The notes beneath the pieces are model-generated. The model was not told where the DNA came from. It searched no databases and saw only the letters and a list, made by a program, of their open reading frames with translations. Shown here one piece after another: positions 61,111 through 64,000 of a stretch of DNA of 64,000 nucleotides. The DNA is taken from NCBI GenBank assembly GCA_001662655.1, contig KV460215.1; one strand, given 5' to 3'. Source of the stretch: Pseudogymnoascus verrucosus (taxonomy: Eukaryota). Made by a program: the position numbers and the translations under genes. The stretch's first letter is position 1; each line of letters opens with the position of its first letter.

Positions 61111-61986
61111 CGTGATATGATTGCTGAATGAAATATATACGCAGAGCGCAGGTGAGGTATTATGATTTGCGACGCCGCTGGTGATTATTATTTCCGTTCT
61201 CCGATCGATCTGGCTGTTGGACTCGATCCGGCGGTCAAAGTACTTCGTTCGCAGCCGACGTTTCCGGTATCGATAACGACGGGGACGGTCCGGCCGTTAG
61301 GCGCTGGCGTAGTCGCTGCCCTTCGAAGACGATTTCGCGATCGATGGTTGGGTCGCGATTGCCTTTTGGGTCTGGATGTGTAGAGTTGCCTTCCGTCGTG
61401 ATCGTCAGGTTCAATCTCTGGGGAGCTGAGCGATCAGATTCGCTTCGCAATTTAACCTCTCAGGTGACGTTTTCGAACGATTTCGTCGATCAGCGATCAG
61501 CGGGGCAGTGAGGTGTCAAGATATAGTAATAAGAAGAATGAAGATATTAACAAACGAGCGACAACAAGAGAGTGTGTAGTGGTTGAAGAAGAGTAAGAAG
61601 ATGAAAGTGTTGATTATCCGCAGTTGGTATGGTAGGCTTACTCTCGGCTCTCTCGTATGGCCAGAATGACATAAGACACAAGGGACGCTATAACACCAAT
61701 TTGCGCGCATTTGTTCCGGAAGGAAGACGAGGGCCAAGATTGTTTGGCTGAGATGAAGAGAAATTATGCGAGTTGGTCCGTGCATGGTACATGGTGTCCA
61801 CTTCTTCCACCTCGATGAAAAGGGGGTACGAGTTGCAGAACTGTCAACTGTCAGGGCCCACGGCCCACACGCCACGTGAAAAGCGGCACACTTCATCATT
61901 TCCCAGTATAGGAAAGCATAATATCTATCACGTACAGCACGCCGTGCGTCGATCTAGAATAGTCTATCCGTAATGAATCTCCAAGG

Positions 61987-64000
61987 TTACCGCGTGAAAA
62001 CGCTCCCAATCCAATAGTCTTTATGCGGTCCTCTCACGTGATACCCCACGCTCCATTTAGCTACCTCAACTCCTTGGAAGGCAAATTCATACTCTGGGTC
62101 ATAGGTATCGTCAATGCAAAGGTGATGGGATGTTGCCTTCCATCTCCTGTCCCTTGCCGGTACCAATTCCTTGGGATTTTGCCCCTGTTCACCACCCGTG
62201 GGATGAGGACATATCATCTGCAGCTCATGGAACAAATAGTCGACCGTCTTGTTGTCCGTTTTCACAAACCACACACTTAACTTGTCCTCAGCCTCCGCGT
62301 ACCTGTAGACATACCTCCTCGTCGCTCTAAACTGCAGCCCAGTATCTGTCTTGAAGTCTCCGTCCTCGACATACAGGAACTCTGCTGCGAAACCCTCGGC
62401 TGTAGGGCGCCTGGGATAGAATCTCGCGGTTCCAACTAAAGAGCCAGAAGGGTATGTCGAAATATTACTTTTGATGGTGCGGTTAAGAACCCAGTTTCCC
62501 TGTAGGGAGCGGAAGATTGCCCTGGCCACGAATTTTCCACCTCGGCTTCCGTCAATCTCTTGTTGTATGAGTCGTAAGGCTTCTTTGGATTCTGTAGCTT
62601 CTTCACCCTCGCCTAAGCCCTGCAAGCTGGTTGCATATAGCGCCGGTGAGACAGGTGTACAGTAGCTATCGGCAGCTTCAACCGGCCCATGGCCCTGCAT
62701 TTCTCGGAGAGACTCCATAATGTGAGTATAATCACCCATTGGAAACTGCGTAAGTCTTTCCGGGGTCTCTTTGTAACAGCGTCGCAGTGCAGGAATGATA
62801 GAGCCTGCATCTTTGAGAGCCGAACTCAGAGCCGGAGGCGGCCGGGAGTCAGGTTGCCAGAGGGTGCGCAGAAGAGATGCTTGCTGCTCTGCAACGCCCC
62901 AGTATGGGCCTCGGTAAAAGCCAACAAAGCCTAGAGAAGGTACGGAGGGGTGTATTGTGCTGTGTAGTGACAGGGCGAGCGGTAAGTCTGGAGTCGAAGG
63001 GTCATATCCAAGAGTGGAAAGAATGGATTTAGGAAGGAAGGATAGAGAGGATGCGCTGTCGAAGCCTGTGGCAAAGATAATCGCAGAGATGTTATCGAAT
63101 GTCTCAGTTGACGAGGGTGTTTCAACAATGACAGATGTATTGTCGTCGGCAAGGGATTTCACTCGCCCCCGTGTTGTTTTGATCGCGCCGGACTGAGCGA
63201 ACGAAGAGTAAGTATCGCTGATTCCTAGCCAAGGAGCATCTGTCTCCTTATCCGTGGGTAAGGAGGCAAAGGCAGTTGCTTCACCACCGTTAAATAGTTT
63301 GAAGGCAGCATGTGACTTCTGCGCTGCCTCTGGGCTTACGATCCCAGATCTACTTTTCAGGCGTTCTTCGGGAGACCGATTGCTCAAGTTAAACATAACC
63401 ATATCGAGGGGTAAAAACTCTGGCGCCGGATTCATAACCTGGTACAATTAGCATATACACTTGAGAAGGTCCGAAACAGCGCTTACCTTGCTATCATTCT
63501 TCTCATTATCAACCTGCGTCTTCAGAGGCAAAAATAACGGCACTGTCCAAAATGGCTTGCTCGTTACATGATGAAGAGTGTACTGCTCTATAGACTCGAT
63601 GTCTGATTTCTCAGGAGAATGAATCTCAGATGAAATCTGAGCAGCAATTGTCGCTGATGTTTCAGCGCCAGACATTGACCCGCCCACAACCAGAATCTTC
63701 CCGGGGCCCCCTTTATTATCTTTCAACAATTCCTTGAGGTCTGAAAACTCCGAACTGTGAATTATCGGAATAGGCACACCCTCTCTTTGGGTAAAAGCTT
63801 CGGGGATTATTGGCTTGCCAAAGAAGCCCGAAGATATTATGACATGGTCAAAAAGGTGCTCTTCGGTCTCACCAACATTGACACTTAAGATGGCTGAAGT
63901 GTCTTCGGGTTCTAGGGAGCTTGGTCCCTTAACATCAGTGCGCAGCTTTTGCACCCGTATCCTCCATTTTATTGGTGTAGAGGCATCATCCTCCACCATA
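61987..64000 (-). CDS. Flavin-containing monooxygenase-like protein with C-terminal DUF6314-like domain; 5' end outside the window
   Basis: FDHVIISSGFF, IIHSSEF, ILVVGGSMSG, IIFATGF and LGFVGFY; C-terminal GNWVLNRTI...HHLCIDDTY...GPHKDY. Intron near 63441-63486. Confidence 0.85.

Noticed and set aside
1..64000. tRNA, 5S rRNA, snRNA, transposase/RT or RIP-degraded elements
   Set aside because: None recognised by eye; tRNAscan-SE, Infernal/Rfam and RepeatMasker would be needed to exclude them formally.

Overview
Eukaryotic, intron-rich, gene-dense DNA from a filamentous ascomycete (Pezizomycotina; a Leotiomycete such as Pseudogymnoascus is my unverified guess). I can support about 26 protein-coding genes: the 3' end of an Argonaute, a PEP-mutase/ICL-family protein, GPD1, an MDR/enoyl-reductase-like oxidoreductase, a CAP/PR-1 protein, a TPS3/TslA-type trehalose synthase subunit, RSA4, MSH4, PXR1, an F-box protein, a CSC1/OSCA channel, RPS28, HIS1, a PHO89/pho-4 phosphate permease, MON1, DOP1, GRH1, TGS1, a GDSL esterase, a CBM1-CE15 glucuronoyl esterase, COX23, an RRM-like protein, a Cys-rich membrane protein, an FMO-like protein and several orphans. 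Argonaute, RPS28 and COX23 are absent from the ORF track and were reconstructed by hand. I saw no tRNA, rRNA, CRISPR array or transposase. Best leads: (1) a 363-codon orphan ORF whose stop lies 1 nt before the TGS1 start (TGA-G-ATG), suggesting a bicistronic, alternatively spliced or recoded locus; (2) an in-frame upstream ATG in GPD1 that adds a perfect PTS2 inside a possible optional intron; (3) a nested stem-loop structure downstream of RPS28; (4) a 56-nt near-perfect hairpin; (5) a degenerate ~90-bp tandem array. Exon boundaries were read by eye and need RNA-seq confirmation.
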